Source: Amoebidium appalachense (taxonomy: Eukaryota > Protista > Ichthyosporea). Taken from it: DNA of 64,000 nucleotides. The stretch is taken from assembly GCA_963693365.1 (NCBI GenBank), contig CAVNZM010000002.1:12394328-12458327 (forward strand), given 5' to 3'. The notes under the pieces are model-generated. The model searched no databases, had not been told where the DNA came from, and saw nothing but the letters and a program-made list of their open reading frames with translations. The translations under genes and the position numbers were made by a program. This document shows, one piece after another, positions 13,310 through 26,172 of the stretch; the stretch's first letter is position 1; each line of letters opens with the position of its first letter.

Positions 13310-14332
13310 ACACCGTTTCTCAGCAAGAAGAGAAGAGAAAAGAAAAGAAGTCATGTAATGTGTTAAATGATAAACAAATGATGTCCATGAATTGATATGA
13401 CATAATAACAAATGTGCTGTGGTGCCTCAAGGCTGAAGCCCTCCAAAATTGAAAAATTGAAGAAAAAAAAAATACTGCGGGTCCCGGAAGCATGGCTCCC
13501 CAATCCCTTCCCCTCCGTCACCCCCCCCCCCACTCAGCCCCCCCCCCCCCTCCCCCCCCCCCCTCTCCCTCCATACACACAAACACACAGGTGCACACAT
13601 GTGATTCAGTCCCATATGCTTGGCGCCGGGCCCGGACCGGGATAAAATGGATACCCGATGGATATCAGTGGGTTTGAAATTTACCCCCCCCCCCCCCAGG
13701 GGGGCTCTTTATGTTGATGCAAATATCTCAGGAATTTTTGCGAAATTTTGAATTTTGAAAAAAGTTTCACCAGGAAGCCGATGGCGCTGAGCACGTAGAA
13801 CACCTTATTTTTGTAATAGCACCCACCCTTCATTGTTTTCCAGAAAAGCGCCAATTTAGGTCAATTAGTAAAAATTTAAATTTTCAAACCAAAATTTCAA
13901 GATGTTCTCGCGGTGGCGCTGGGCAAGTATCCGGGTGCATTTGAAGTAGACATCAAGACCGACATTTTGACGTGCCCATTTCTTACATATCTCGATTCTT
14001 TCGGGAGCGACATGCCCTAGATCGGAGGCGAATTTGAGGTCTGAAATTGGATGCGATCAGGCTTGAGGCACCATATCACCCGCGCACCCATTATAACGAC
14101 TCACATATACTTACAAATATAGATGTACGCACGCGCACCTACACGCACAGATACATGTTTAGACACACCCGGAAAGGTAGACGCTTACACACCGTGCGCG
14201 GGTACACATGCACATGCGCACGCACATACACACACAAACAACAACACACACATACGAGCATACACACATGCACCCACCAATCCACCCACCCACCCACACC
14301 AGCCAAACTCAAGCGGGACTCACACACATGTG

Positions 14333-14419
<87 letters not shown>

Positions 14420-15410
14420 ACGTACCACCCATCTCTCTACCCCTATGATCTCATACTGGCTCTCGTCCTCCACGTCTCTGCCGCCAATCCACACCTTGTC
14501 CTGTTTAAGGTACCTGGTATCCACACAGTGCGCCGCTGCAGTTTAAAAAATATAACGTCAGTTTAAAATGGACATAAAAATATATAAGTTGTAAATGGCC
14601 GATCCACACATTGTCCTGCTTTAGGTACCTGAGAATCGACATAGTGTGCCGCTGCAGTATTTTAAACGTCTATTCTTATAGGATAAAATTTTTGGTTTTT
14701 TTTTTTTTAAAAAAAAAATTTAACCGTAACGAATACTATGGATGTGTGACACTGGAGATAGAACATGTCACATATTTGTGGTGGGATTTGGTTTTTCTAT
14801 TTGCAGAGGGCGATTGCAATACGGGGGAAAAAAAAAGGGGGGGGGGGGGGGGTTTGAATGCGTCAAAAAGTACGAAGTACACAAGAACAAACGGATAACA
14901 CGATGCAAAATGCAAGCCATACATAAAGAGTATGCATAATAAGCAGAGCCCATCCTCAGGGGGGGCCCACGTCATCCACAGTACCCGAGTTTCGACCTAT
15001 TCACCTCGTTAACGAAACCCAACTCAGATACTGTTTCACTTGAACATGGGTAGGTCACCCGTCTTGATCAGAGACGAGCAGGGTTGCTTATGCAGGCAAG
15101 GGCAGTTGGAAAGGCCGGGGGTTAAAGTTGCAGCAGTAAGCAGAGGCAAGAAGAGGGGGGGGGAAGGGGAGGGAGGGGGGAGGGGAGGGAAGGACATTAT
15201 ATCCTCTGCTCCTTGTATAAGGTGTACTAGGGAAATAGGGAAAACGTGGAGCAAAAATCGTAAGCCGTGCATAAAATCTGCTGTTCCCATACTATGCTTG
15301 TGTGTGTGTGTTTTCTTTTTTAAAGTGACAAACAAGGCAACACACACATCATTATTCAAACCGGCAAACGAAACAGAGCAAATGTGTGTGTGCGTGTGTG
15401 TGTGTGTGTG

Positions 15411-15444
<34 letters not shown>

Positions 15445-15606
15445 TGAATGCGGAACACAGTACGAAGTACGCATACACGATGAGAAGCATGGTGCAGGAC
15501 ACATGCAAAGGCAAACATTCAAGTATGCAGCATCAGCCATGCGCACAGTATGCGTCATAAGCAGAGCACATCCTCAGGGAGGGCCCAAGTCATCAATTGC
15601 GTTGTG

Positions 15607-15638
<32 letters not shown>

Positions 15639-16236
15639 TAGCCCAACCTGTCAAGACCCATTCTGGCGCCACCAGCGAGCCACCACAGTAGTTGCTCACC
15701 TGCACACCACCCAATCAGACAACATATTAAAAACAAATATGCCTGAATAAAGATTTTAACAGCTTTATCCATAGCTGAAGTCCAACTACAAGCACTTCAA
15801 AGCCCATTCCCCCTCTCCCTTTCCCCCCTATGAATCTGAAGCCGAGGAGAGATCCCTTGTGTGTGTGTGTGTGTGTGTGTTTGCGAACCATGACTAAATC
15901 CCCGACAGGTCAACATATAGTTCAATGAACTCAGAACAAATAATTTCCATTCAAAACAATTAACAAAACAGGTATCTGCAGTATAGACAAACCCTGCAAA
16001 TCTTTCGTGTTACTTCCTGTAAGTCCACACATGACTTCCCCCTCCCTCCCCCAAACCCCCTCACCAGCTCCACCTCAGGCTAACGTTCTTACTGATGGCC
16101 GGACGCAAAATGAAGAAACAGAAAAGCAAGAACAGGGAGACGACACCCCCCTACGCGCATGTGCACGTCCATATCCACGTGCATGCTTGCATGTGTGTGT
16201 GCATATGTACAAGTGCATGTGTACCTGCACGTACGT

Positions 16237-16300
<64 letters not shown>

Positions 16301-16462
16301 ATGTACGAACCTTTCCCTGAACGGTTGCTCTGATGCTTGCCACCCAGCCAATAGCTTGGTCGACGGGCTTTCCTCCGACTATCCGATACTGAATGCCAAA
16401 TCCCAGCGCACTGTGTGTGTGTTTGGGAAAGGAGTGCAGGGAAAGAACGTGTGCACGTGTAG

Positions 16463-16495
<33 letters not shown>

Positions 16496-16630
16496 CGCCC
16501 GCGTGAGTGTGCATATTTGCAAGGTGTGTGTGTGTAGGGGAATATGGAAGAGAGTGTCTTGTTAATATCACTACACTTGCACTACAAGATTATCAATGTT
16601 GGCATAAACAATAAATCTTTTTGGCTATTG

Positions 16631-16679
<49 letters not shown>

Positions 16680-17270
16680 GCGGGTCAATATGTACGCCGC
16701 AAATGGAAACGCAGATAGTGGTGTGTGCTCAGAGGGAATTAATCGGCATGGACGGCAAGCCGTCACATACGGAACGAGGAATTCATTGTCGTCATTGCAC
16801 ACACCACAAAAAAAAAGAAAAGAAAAGAAAAGAAAAGAACAACACGTGCGCATGCACGTGCATACACAAATACTGTTGACATGCACTCACAGTCGCGATT
16901 TGTGAAGTGTTACTGACCACTCCATTTGAATACCTACCCATGCACGACACACACACAAATACACGATCAAGCACGCATGCACAAACAGCCGCACAAGCGT
17001 GTGCGTGCATGTTCACTCTACGATATAGGTTAGATAATTTGGTGCACAGATAGAGGCACAACCTTCAAGACAGGTAACACAATGTCGCACTGCAGAAGTG
17101 TGCGTATCTGTGTTTGTTTGGTGGTGGTGGTGGTGGTGGTGGTGGTAGGGTGCGGGGGAGGGGTTAACATTTCTTCCTTACCCGGAGCCAACAGAGGCGG
17201 CCTGTGCGACGGAAGTTATGGTCAGGCAGGCAGCCACAAGAGAAAGAGGGTGCCGCTGTTCGCGCTGCAT
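6371..17270 (-). CDS. Secreted trypsin-like serine protease (S1A) with acidic linker and C-terminal beta domain; exons 17270-17182, 16410-16311, 15699-15648, 14535-14426, 13148-13045, 12215-12152, 11828-11770, 11261-11135, 10452-10341, (optional 9921-9865), 9129-8481, 7851-7664, 7069-6933, 6463-6371
   Basis: Signal-like N-terminus MQREQRHPLSLVAACLTITSVAQA and activation site QYR|IVGG. Catalytic motifs: CGGSLVAPEWVLTAAHC (His), DNDVCLIKL (Asp), DACYGDSGS (Ser, with a trypsin-type Asp in the specificity position), then GIVSWGSGC...YTRVS. All core junctions are GT-AG and phase-compatible. TAG at 6373-6371. Confidence 0.92.
7502..7630 (-). repeat. Structured intronic repeat family, 5'-truncated copy (subfamily A), flanked on both sides by poly-G on the + strand
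   Basis: Near-identical to 9491-9635 apart from an internal deletion: aatgcggaacac...cataagcaggcccatcctcagggagggcccaag. Confidence 0.85.
9491..9871 (-). mobile_element. Structured intronic repeat family, longest copy (subfamily A), SINE-like
   Basis: Aligns end to end with the reverse complement of 26469-26806. Core fold at 9603-9763. The 3' end abuts a poly-C run on the element strand. Confidence 0.8.
9942..10000 (-). repeat. Structured intronic repeat family, short 3'-end copy
   Basis: Matches 9491-9548 (ttgaatgcggaacacagtaccaagtacgcatacacgatgagaagcatggtgcaggaca). G-rich flanks on the + strand. Confidence 0.85.
10927..10979. repeat. Tandem duplication of ~27 bp (gaaccctttgtccttaaggttgatgc x2) in a protease intron
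   Basis: Direct repeat visible in the sequence. Confidence 0.85.
14598..14667 (-). pseudogene. Degenerate partial duplicate of the protease catalytic-His exon (AAHC exon) in the upstream intron
   Basis: Reads ctgcag|cggcacactatgtcgattctcaggtacctaaagcaggacaatgtgtggatcggc, versus the true exon ctgcag|cggcgcactgtgtggataccaggtaccttaaacaggacaaggtgtggattggc. It carries a +1 frameshift and a C->Y change. Confidence 0.8.
14853..15111 (-). repeat. Structured intronic repeat family, subfamily B copy with complete core
   Basis: Shares aagcagagcccatcctcagg, gagtttcgacc, aactcaga and cccgtcttgatca.agacgagcagggttgcttatgca with copy 9491. The stems have diverged but still pair. Confidence 0.85.
15443..15602 (-). 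repeat. Structured intronic repeat family, 5'-truncated subfamily A copy between poly-G runs
   Basis: Near-identical to 9491-9649. Confidence 0.88.
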
Positions 17271-17319
17271 TTTGCCACCTGCACGTGTTCTGCCCGTTAA
17301 TTTCCCGGGAGATGCAGAT

Positions 17320-17360
<41 letters not shown>

Positions 17361-20300
17361 CACACCAAAAAGAAGGATAAGGCAAACCAGTGACGCAAGG
17401 GCAAGCATAGCACGTTTGCCAATACTTGTTTCTTTGGAATGTACAAACGTATGTGAGACTGCATCCACTTATGCGAGTGTTGCTTTTTCGGTCAGTACCC
17501 TCACGTGCATGTGGAAAAAGGAAGTGTTTGTGTTAACACGGACACTTTTCGACTCGAGCTTGCCATGTGTGCAGATGCGTACATTGCTTGGCGTGGCGCA
17601 TTGTTTTTCGTTGCGTATGCTAAGCACTTGCAGGCATGTTTGTGTTATAGCATGCAGTTTTCGCTTTGCTCTTGCATACTTTAAAATACAGGTAGTTGTT
17701 GTAACCTAGCTCAGGTGATGCCAAGCAATATACGTGTACGTGCTTTAGCATGCACATTTCGCTTCATGCATGCATTGTGTGCATACACGTATGGTGCCTG
17801 GCATTGCCTGGGCTGTATTCTAATCTCAGCATCAAAAACTTTAATATTTGAAAGTCCTCCTTGCTGCACCCCATTAAAAGAAATTACCCACAACTGCCCG
17901 TGCTAGAGTCCTGGTATCGATAGAGCTTTGGCAAAAACGCGTGCTCTTTCACAAGTGGTATAAACGTGCATATAGAAGTGAACAACATGCACAGAGAGGC
18001 AATGGCTTTTCGATGTTTGAATTTTGTAGGTTTGGTTATCTGCTGGCCACGTGCACACACACGGACGTGCAACATGCATGCACCGGTAGACGAAAATGCC
18101 CACGTGTGTGCCCAACGAACTAACGTATCCCACGAACATGAAGTTGGGCGTTGGCTCAATTCAGTTAGAGATGCCGTTTCTCCCTGCTAATCAGTAAGCC
18201 TAAACCGGGTTTGATCGGACCCACCTGCAAGCGCAACAACGGACACCAAAATAGCCACGCAAATGGGTTTAATTCCCACGCCTTTTCTTGTAGATCCTCT
18301 GTTGTCTTCTTAAGCTAGATTGGAAATGTGATGGTATTATAACTTCAACAACGAATGTGCATGCACTCGGCTTTCAAAACACGGCAGTGTCGTATGCTAC
18401 TGGAGTCTGTGTGTAATCTTGCCTCCTTTTGACCGGAGATGGCGATAACAGATTGACGCTTTCCTGGAAGCCCTATTGAACCATTTTACAAAAAAACAAA
18501 ACGTTTTTACTGGTCTGGTGTATTACTAACTAGACCTACACCTCGGAAAATAGTAGTTGGGTGAGAGATTGCACGATGGGAGCTGATGTACTCTGTCTTT
18601 TCAAGGAGAGCGTTGAAACAGGTTTCAAGAGTATACTATAGATAAGAATAATATTGAATTAAGTATTGCAACAAGACTTCCTATAAGACACGAAAAAATA
18701 ATATAAAAATAATGATAAGGGAAAAAGCTCTGATTGAAAGTATATACAAAACTGACTCCCTCCCTCGTGTTTACAAACGGAAAAGCCTGAGTCACTGTGT
18801 GTGGCTGAGGCACAGCAGTCACGGACTCACGGTGATCACCCCCGGGCCAAACCCCACACGACTTACGAAAATGTATGCCTAGATATACGGTAATGTGGAT
18901 ATTTTGCGAAACATGATGACATTTTCCGACGTGGGAAAAAGATGTATGTCGATAAAAAAGTGTTTTTGATGAGACATATTAAGCATATATAAGTCACATA
19001 TTATTTACAACTTAGCAATTATCCCCCACAGTAAATCATCATGCTAAAGTCAAGCTCTGCATAACCCACAATGGGAATTAAACAGAAAGTCATTATAAAA
19101 AAAGATTTGTGAATAGATTACGAAAAATGCCTTAAAAAATTTAGAACATGAGTTTTGGACGCCAATAGAAAATGAAAAATAGTTTTGTGATAAAGAGCCA
19201 ATCAATGGTTACTGACTGTGATCGTTCAATTCTGCCAATCTTCATGAGCTGTACGGTAATAATAGCCATATATTTAATGTAACTGTATGGTTTTGTGATT
19301 AAAATATTTTATTGTTTTTTGGCTATAATACTGTATAGGAGGACATTATATTAAGTAACGGTACCGCTTTAAATTGAAACCAATCAGCAAATAGTGCATT
19401 TGTTCTCGTACGACGACCAAGTTCCTATCGGCTATTGGCATTAGATGATCTCCCACCACTTCGGCTTTTGGAAAAAACCATCGGGGAGGGAGTCCCACTC
19501 AGGGGAACGTGACTGCAGCGTGTGTGTGGTGTTGCCTGGTGTATGTATTCCTATTGCTGTGAGAGTGTGGGGGCATCTCCCTTTCGCGGAGTTTCTCGCT
19601 TGAGAAGTGGTTTCTTCAACGCCTGGTGGTCCACTGCAACCTACGGTAACTTCTACACGCTGTCTACGCTTCTACGCGACCTATTGGCGGTGGGCTGCTG
19701 CAACTTCTTCAGCTACTTCTGCGCTGGCGTGAGTGGAGGGGCGGCTACTTGGTCGTCGGGGAGCTTTCCAAGTGACTGCCCGTCCTTAAGCCTCCAGTCG
19801 TATGGCAATGACCGGGTTTGCTTGCATGCATTCTGTAATTGTGTTTTTCTGTGTGTCCTGCCACAACTAGGCCACCTTATCAGAGGGCTGGATGCAGTTT
19901 CTCCGGGTTATCTAGGGGCCGGCCCGGCCGGGCCCGTTGGGACTTGTTTTTTAGCTCAGATTTGGTCTGCATTGCTCTTTTAGAGGCTGACTTGCTTGCT
20001 GTGCCTCGGTAGGTTTTGAGGGGGGCCTGTTGGGAAGCAGCAGTAATGATGCCTTCTTGCGGAGTGTGGTCTGGTCAACATCGATGCATATGACTAGTTG
20101 GAGCAAACTAGTTTCACGCATACACGTACACTTAAGGTTTTGCCCACAGCCTGGTGTCCTTTAAATTTGTCACTTGTCGCTTTATTTTTATTTCGTAGCT
20201 TTGGCTTTTTCAGTTCTATTGGTGGTTATGTAGCCTGTGGCTGCACGTTGCCTTCGTCAACGGATCAATAAAACCGATTCAAAAGAAGAAAAAAAAAACG

Positions 20301-21997
20301 TCCGCTAGGAGTAGGGACCCTGTAGGGTCTTGAATTTTGTGACATATATTTCGAGCCAAAAAATATAATTCTACCTATGTACAATAATACAATATTTGCC
20401 ATATTATAATGCTAAAATTACAATCATCTATATAAAAGTAATGGCCCAAAATTTCCTCTTTTTGTTTTCTTAGTTCCCGGACGTTGAACATTGGTACTGC
20501 ACACGCAGGTTTCGGGGGACTAAATCTGCACTACTTTGGGCCAATCGGATACCTTGTACGCCTGAGGAGGATTCCAATAGGGAGAGTGATCACTCAACAG
20601 TGCACAGCCCGCTCAACTACTGTACAATACATGCATCATGCATGTGCCTTTGAAAATACTAACCTACATCATGCAATATTATAAATTTTAATCCTTTTTA
20701 TTTGAATAAATAATAAGATCATTAATTTTTGCTCGAGCCAACAGCTATTATCGTTATGTCTGAATCATTGTCTCTGACCATGCCGGGCATATATAGCGTG
20801 CATGAGGGGCGCCCGTGACGCGGCCCACGTGGTTGGCACTGCATGCAGCCTGGCCGGTGCCTGCCGGCTGCGGCAGGGCTGCCGCGATATGTACAGGCAT
20901 GTGATTGACACACACAGACAAGTAACTATTTCCAAGGATATGAAAAGCACACCAACTTTTCACACTTTTGTTACGGCGTTACGGCTTACTCTTCCAGCTA
21001 TAGTACAAGAACACCGCACGGACTGGGGGGCAGCCTCTGGTCCTTGCACTTTACACATACACCACAACCTACACCCACCACCGTCAGACCACCTACCTAT
21101 AGTTTTTCGCACTACACTTAGCCTTTCTACGCCGTCACCACAACACACTTACAGACTTAACGTACAGCAACGAAAGTAGTAGGGTGCTACAGACTGAGCA
21201 ACCCTAACTAACAGATCTAACTTTCTTGAACTCGAAAGATGTAAGTGTAAAGGCGTTCCATGCTTTATTGCTGGCTGAAAACGCAACAGATTCTGTGCAA
21301 TGGCCACGGTACATACAGACTTGTAGTACCACGACTTACACCAAAAAGCAGTGGTTTGAGATGCGAGCCATACAGATGCGAAGGCACAGCGTACCACAAC
21401 GATTCTCAAAACAATGGCACAAAACCACACACGCCCGCTCTCTGGTCTAGAAAAGCTAGCTGGACTAGCATGACCATGTGCCTATTGTTCACGAAGGGAC
21501 TAGGACTAGAGCCCTTGGGGTTTTTGAGCGTGTTTTCCCCCTAAAACCTGGAGTTTAGTGGCAGACTCCACAAACAAAACCCACTTACCTGGAATAGTAT
21601 AATGGAATAGATACAGTGGAATAGTCAATATATATGAATACATAGAATTTAGTATTTATTGAAAGAGTGCGCTCATCTCTCAGAGATGCACAAGGTAGGC
21701 TTCAGGGACGAAGCCAGACTTCTTTGTGCTGGGGATGTGCTGATGAGCACTCGTCGACTACTCGCCGATAAGCGAAACCGATATTCACATTGGTGGATAT
21801 CCACCCACGCTGATATCTTGATGTCTATCCACCTGCAAATAAAACACGGTAGACAGACCTCGGATTGGGTTTGTGTTCAGGTATCTCAGTATGCACTTGT
21901 TACTGGATAACTCGTGAAGTTTTTATTGTCTTCTCAGTATGCCGTGCATACTTGCATATCTTTCCGTCGAATAAATCCAGTCAAAAGAAAAGTTTTA

Positions 21998-22885
21998 CAC
22001 ACTTTTTATTGCGTGGACACTGCCGGAGGCCCAGCCACATTCGACGGCCTACTGCGTTTTCCAGCACAGCCAATCAAATGCAGCCAGTGACATATGTACA
22101 TGCTAGGCAACAATGAGCGCCATCGTAGTATCTGACACCCCTATTACATATTATGGGTAAGCAGAGGCTAGCATCGGTAGCTCCGAAAGAAAGTTAAGGC
22201 ACCGGATCACAATATCATACTGTGCAGCATTAATAAGGTGATCTAGGATAGTCATCTTAAAACGGATATATTGAGGAAGAGAGGAAGAAAAGAGAATAAA
22301 ACCGCCAATAACCTCCGGTTCTAATACATTAGCTAACAGGTTGCATTTATTGATAGATATGCAGCCGCGAGCAAACCGCCCCCCCACACATATTACATAC
22401 ACATACGAGCAGGAGACACCAGAAACCGATTACACCGCAAACCTCGGAAGGCCAGTCTGGCAAGTCTCGGAACGGACTACAGCAAATACACCCCGCGCAC
22501 CTGATTGGACAAAACACGATCCGATGACGTAAAATCAGGGGAGAACGATTCGATCCCCAAGCGACATAAAGGGGCCGTCAGGCCCCTCTAGCGGGGGTTG
22601 GGGGGGCGGCAGCCCCCCCATTTAGGGCCCAGACACACATAGGGTTATGGTTATTGCGTTTATGTTTTTTATTTTTGTAAATTATTATCGATTATTGTAT
22701 TTTTTTAGCCGGTTATCATCCGATCTCCCTATACCCAGGGCTTCCTTACGATGGCGCTCATTGTTTCTTTTGTTTCTTAGCATGTACATATGTCACTGGC
22801 TGCATTTGATTGGCTGTGCTGGAAAACGCAGTAGGCCGTCGAATGTGGCTGGGCCTCCGGCAGTGTCCACGCAATAAAAAGTGTG
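21998..22885. mobile_element. Non-autonomous DNA transposon with ~130-bp TIRs, flanked by TA (Tc1/mariner-like pattern)
   Basis: 21998-22127 is the near-perfect reverse complement of 22747-22885 (cacactttttattgcgtggacactgccggaggcccagcc...), with one short indel. TA at 21996-97 and 22886-87. Internal GC hairpins at 22570-22620. Confidence 0.85.
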
Positions 22886-23626
22886 TAAACCCTATAGCTA
22901 TAGACCTACCTCGGTCACTGACTCACCGGTCGCCGGCGCTGGTGTGGTGACTAAATCATAATGACGTAATATTACATTATCGTTTGAAAATTAATTCTTC
23001 AGTTTCATTGGTGTAAATCTGGCGCCATGTTTTTAATTTTCCCGGGCCAGATGACTCATGAATTGTGATCACCCAACTGCACACAACGGACGAACACTGC
23101 TTGGACTGCCTGTCAAGCATTGATGACAAAAAAAAAGAAACCCACACGCGCTTAGTAAAAACAAAATAGGGAAAACATTGCTTTTAAGGTTATTTTTGTG
23201 GGCTTTTTCAAGTAGAAGAAAGATAAGGAAGCAACACAGTTATATGGGTAACGGCTAGAGGCACAACGACGGAACATTCTGCTAGACTTCAGTGTTTGGC
23301 TGCGCTGCCGTAGAATAGGCTTTCTCCTGGCGGTTCACTGTACTTTCTTATTATTCCAGGAGAAAAACCAAGCATATTGAATAATAACACACACAATAAC
23401 TTATACAAGGAAGAAATCAAGGGCCTTTTTTTTTCATTTCACAGTCATCTTCAGAGTTTACCTTTGTTAGAGAAAGACCGTGCCATCAAGCAACGTAGGC
23501 AAACCTGACATCTAAAGAATACACAGACAAGGAAGATTTGTTTCAACTTTGCACTTGAGAAGCACATAGGATAGTATAAAGCACTTTGAAACTCTGGGCT
23601 GCATAGCAGCCGAAACCCTTTCAATC

Positions 23627-25160
23627 ATGTCTGCACACAGCATGCCGTCTGTGCAGCAGACACCCGTTTCCTTGCCCCGTCCTGTTTTCGGCACGGAAAC
23701 TTTTAGCCACAAGAGAAAGACTCCAAACACGGACACACCCGTAGTGCCACCAGCACCCCAAAAGTTTATGACACCTTATAGCCGAGTATATGGCACACCT
23801 AGTTTTGCAACACCGGGCCCGAAGCCGCTGGAGGAGGCCGAGTCTCCGAGTTGTATCCTTGAACCTTTTTTGTTTTTTCATGTTTGCTCACGCTGGGCTT
23901 CCTTGAAAACATTACAGTGCTTGAACAGTCAGCAACACGCACGAATTTTCTTGATTTTCCAGCTGATGCTCGTTTACATTTGTACAGCATAGCATTCTCT
24001 ATTTCCTTGTCGTGTTTTTCTGCTTCTTTTGACCCTGTGTTGTGAAAAGCATAAGTTGTGCTTAAGGGAACAAAATTTCGCTTGGGGTTTTTTTGATCTT
24101 CTGCTTCGTGGTCGGGTACTGTGTTTCTTTTTTGGGACGGGGGTTTTCGGGATTCAGACAAGAAACTCTGCTTTGGGCTTTTCCCCCTGCATTCTTCTTG
24201 ACCACCCCCCCCCCCCCCCCCCCCCTCCCCCCCTCTTCCTGTCTTCTTCCCATGACTACCACCTTCCTATTCGCTTTCTTGGTCTTTCTCATGTCACGCC
24301 TATTTTTTTCCTTAACCACATGCAGTCTTCAAGAGTCCGTATTACGACCAGAACAAGAGGGAACCATATCTAAAACAGGCTTTCGTCATAGTTTCAAGGG
24401 TAAGTAACTCCTCTCACTCCATCCTTTTTGCTTGGACACATTCTCTCGTTTTAGCATTGAGTATGCACTTGTCCTCAATACAACCTGCTCCTCTCCGATT
24501 CTGCATGCTAGTTTAATGTTTGGTAAAGGCACAAGAATAATCATGTTTCTATGCAGCTCGGCAAGGGCTCTTTTGGAGAGGCTTTTAAGGTGCAGAGTAA
24601 GGAGGATGGACAACACTATGCGGTTAAGTGCTCTGGAAAGAGATTTACCAGCAACAGCGACAGGTAAGAAGCCTCTCGGCATGCCTTTTCCCTTCCCTCT
24701 CGTATTGCCTCTTTTTCGGTGCTTCTTCTCCACTATGATGATGCTTGTAAACCTTGCATCGTGTGTAAATCCTGTTTATATTTTAGCTTATGCCAGGGGC
24801 TTTGATGCCTGCCCAGTTCTGGTAACGATTCTGGCGCTTATCCCCTTTTCTGTTAGCAAATCTGCTCGCAATGCTCATTTCCTAATTTGCTACTCATTTT
24901 CTTTTCTGGTCATTCGCTGCTCATCCCATTTTCTGGTAACGAAACTGCTACTGATTCTCACGCCCTGCAGGAGACGACAGATAGATGAGGCAAACTACAT
25001 CCGTTCGCTTGGGGCACACCCTAACTGTCTTCGATACTATGGGGCGTGGGAAGAGGATTGCGTACTTTATATTCAGACGGAGCTTTGTGAACGAGGATCG
25101 TAAGTCCCCCCCTCCCCCCCCCCCCCCCCCCCTCCGGCCCCCCGTCCCTCCTCCCCTCCT

Positions 25161-25199
<39 letters not shown>

Positions 25200-25407
25200 C
25201 CACATGTACACACCTCCTGCCCCTCCTCCTATCACCATCTCTATGGCTTCATCTTTTGTCACCATCTCTAGGGCTTCACCTTTTCCACTTGAGCTTGGGG
25301 TTAGGCCCACCAACACATAACTCTCTTTCTCCCCCCCCCCCCCCCCCTCCCCCCCCCCCCTCCCCCAACCCCCAACCCACCACCCACCCACCCACCCACC
25401 CAACCCA

Positions 25408-25448
<41 letters not shown>

Positions 25449-25886
25449 AACGACAATCTGAGATGGTGGTAGCTCAACCCACCTCACCCGTTTGCCTGGT
25501 TTCCTATGCATACTGAGGCTTTGTACATCACACATATCCATACCTACACGAGTAGAACCGGCGCTCATGACATACAGAAGTATTACACCCCTGTGCCGTG
25601 TACAAAGACCCCCCCCCCCCCCCCCCCCCCCCCCTTTTCCCCTTCACCACCCCTTTCCTCTCACTTTCCCTGTTTACAATTTCCGCCTCTCCCCCTTTTT
25701 CCTCGAGTTCAGTTTTTGCCCCCAGCCTACATTTACACAATCCCTACCCCATACACTTACCAAATATGCACGCTTATGCACGTGGTTCAACATCACACAC
25801 GGGCACAGCATGTGGATACACAACACGGACATGTATCCATGCAAACACTAAAGCGAGCACATGGACGCATGCCACGCACGCACGAG

Positions 25887-25957
<71 letters not shown>

Positions 25958-26128
25958 GCGCATACTTACAGATGTGCTCTCATTCAAACGTGTAGATGCC
26001 CAGCACAACACACAGCGTACAACACATGCAGAATACGCACACATACATGCCTTTTTTTTTGCCTGCATCGAAGCCAAAACCGCGTGCCGCATGCCTGTGC
26101 TCGCCAACACGCATACACCCACCCACAC

Positions 26129-26172
<44 letters not shown>

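Noticed and set aside
13620-14090. Transposon remnant inside a protease intron
   Set aside because: The composition is distinct, but no TIRs, target duplication or second copy could be found in the window.
16690-16805. Extra protease exon (CNDDNEFLVPYVTACRPC...)
   Set aside because: There is no AG acceptor upstream, and the flanking exons already join in phase to give a normal pro-peptide.
19522-19983. 153-aa ORF as a gene
   Set aside because: It has a GTG start, no recognisable motifs and no splice structure.
22890-22935. Helentron-like terminus (ctatagctatag...gtcactgactcac), with a similar motif at 18819
   Set aside because: Only a short palindrome and a ~13-bp shared motif are present, and no matching second end was identified.
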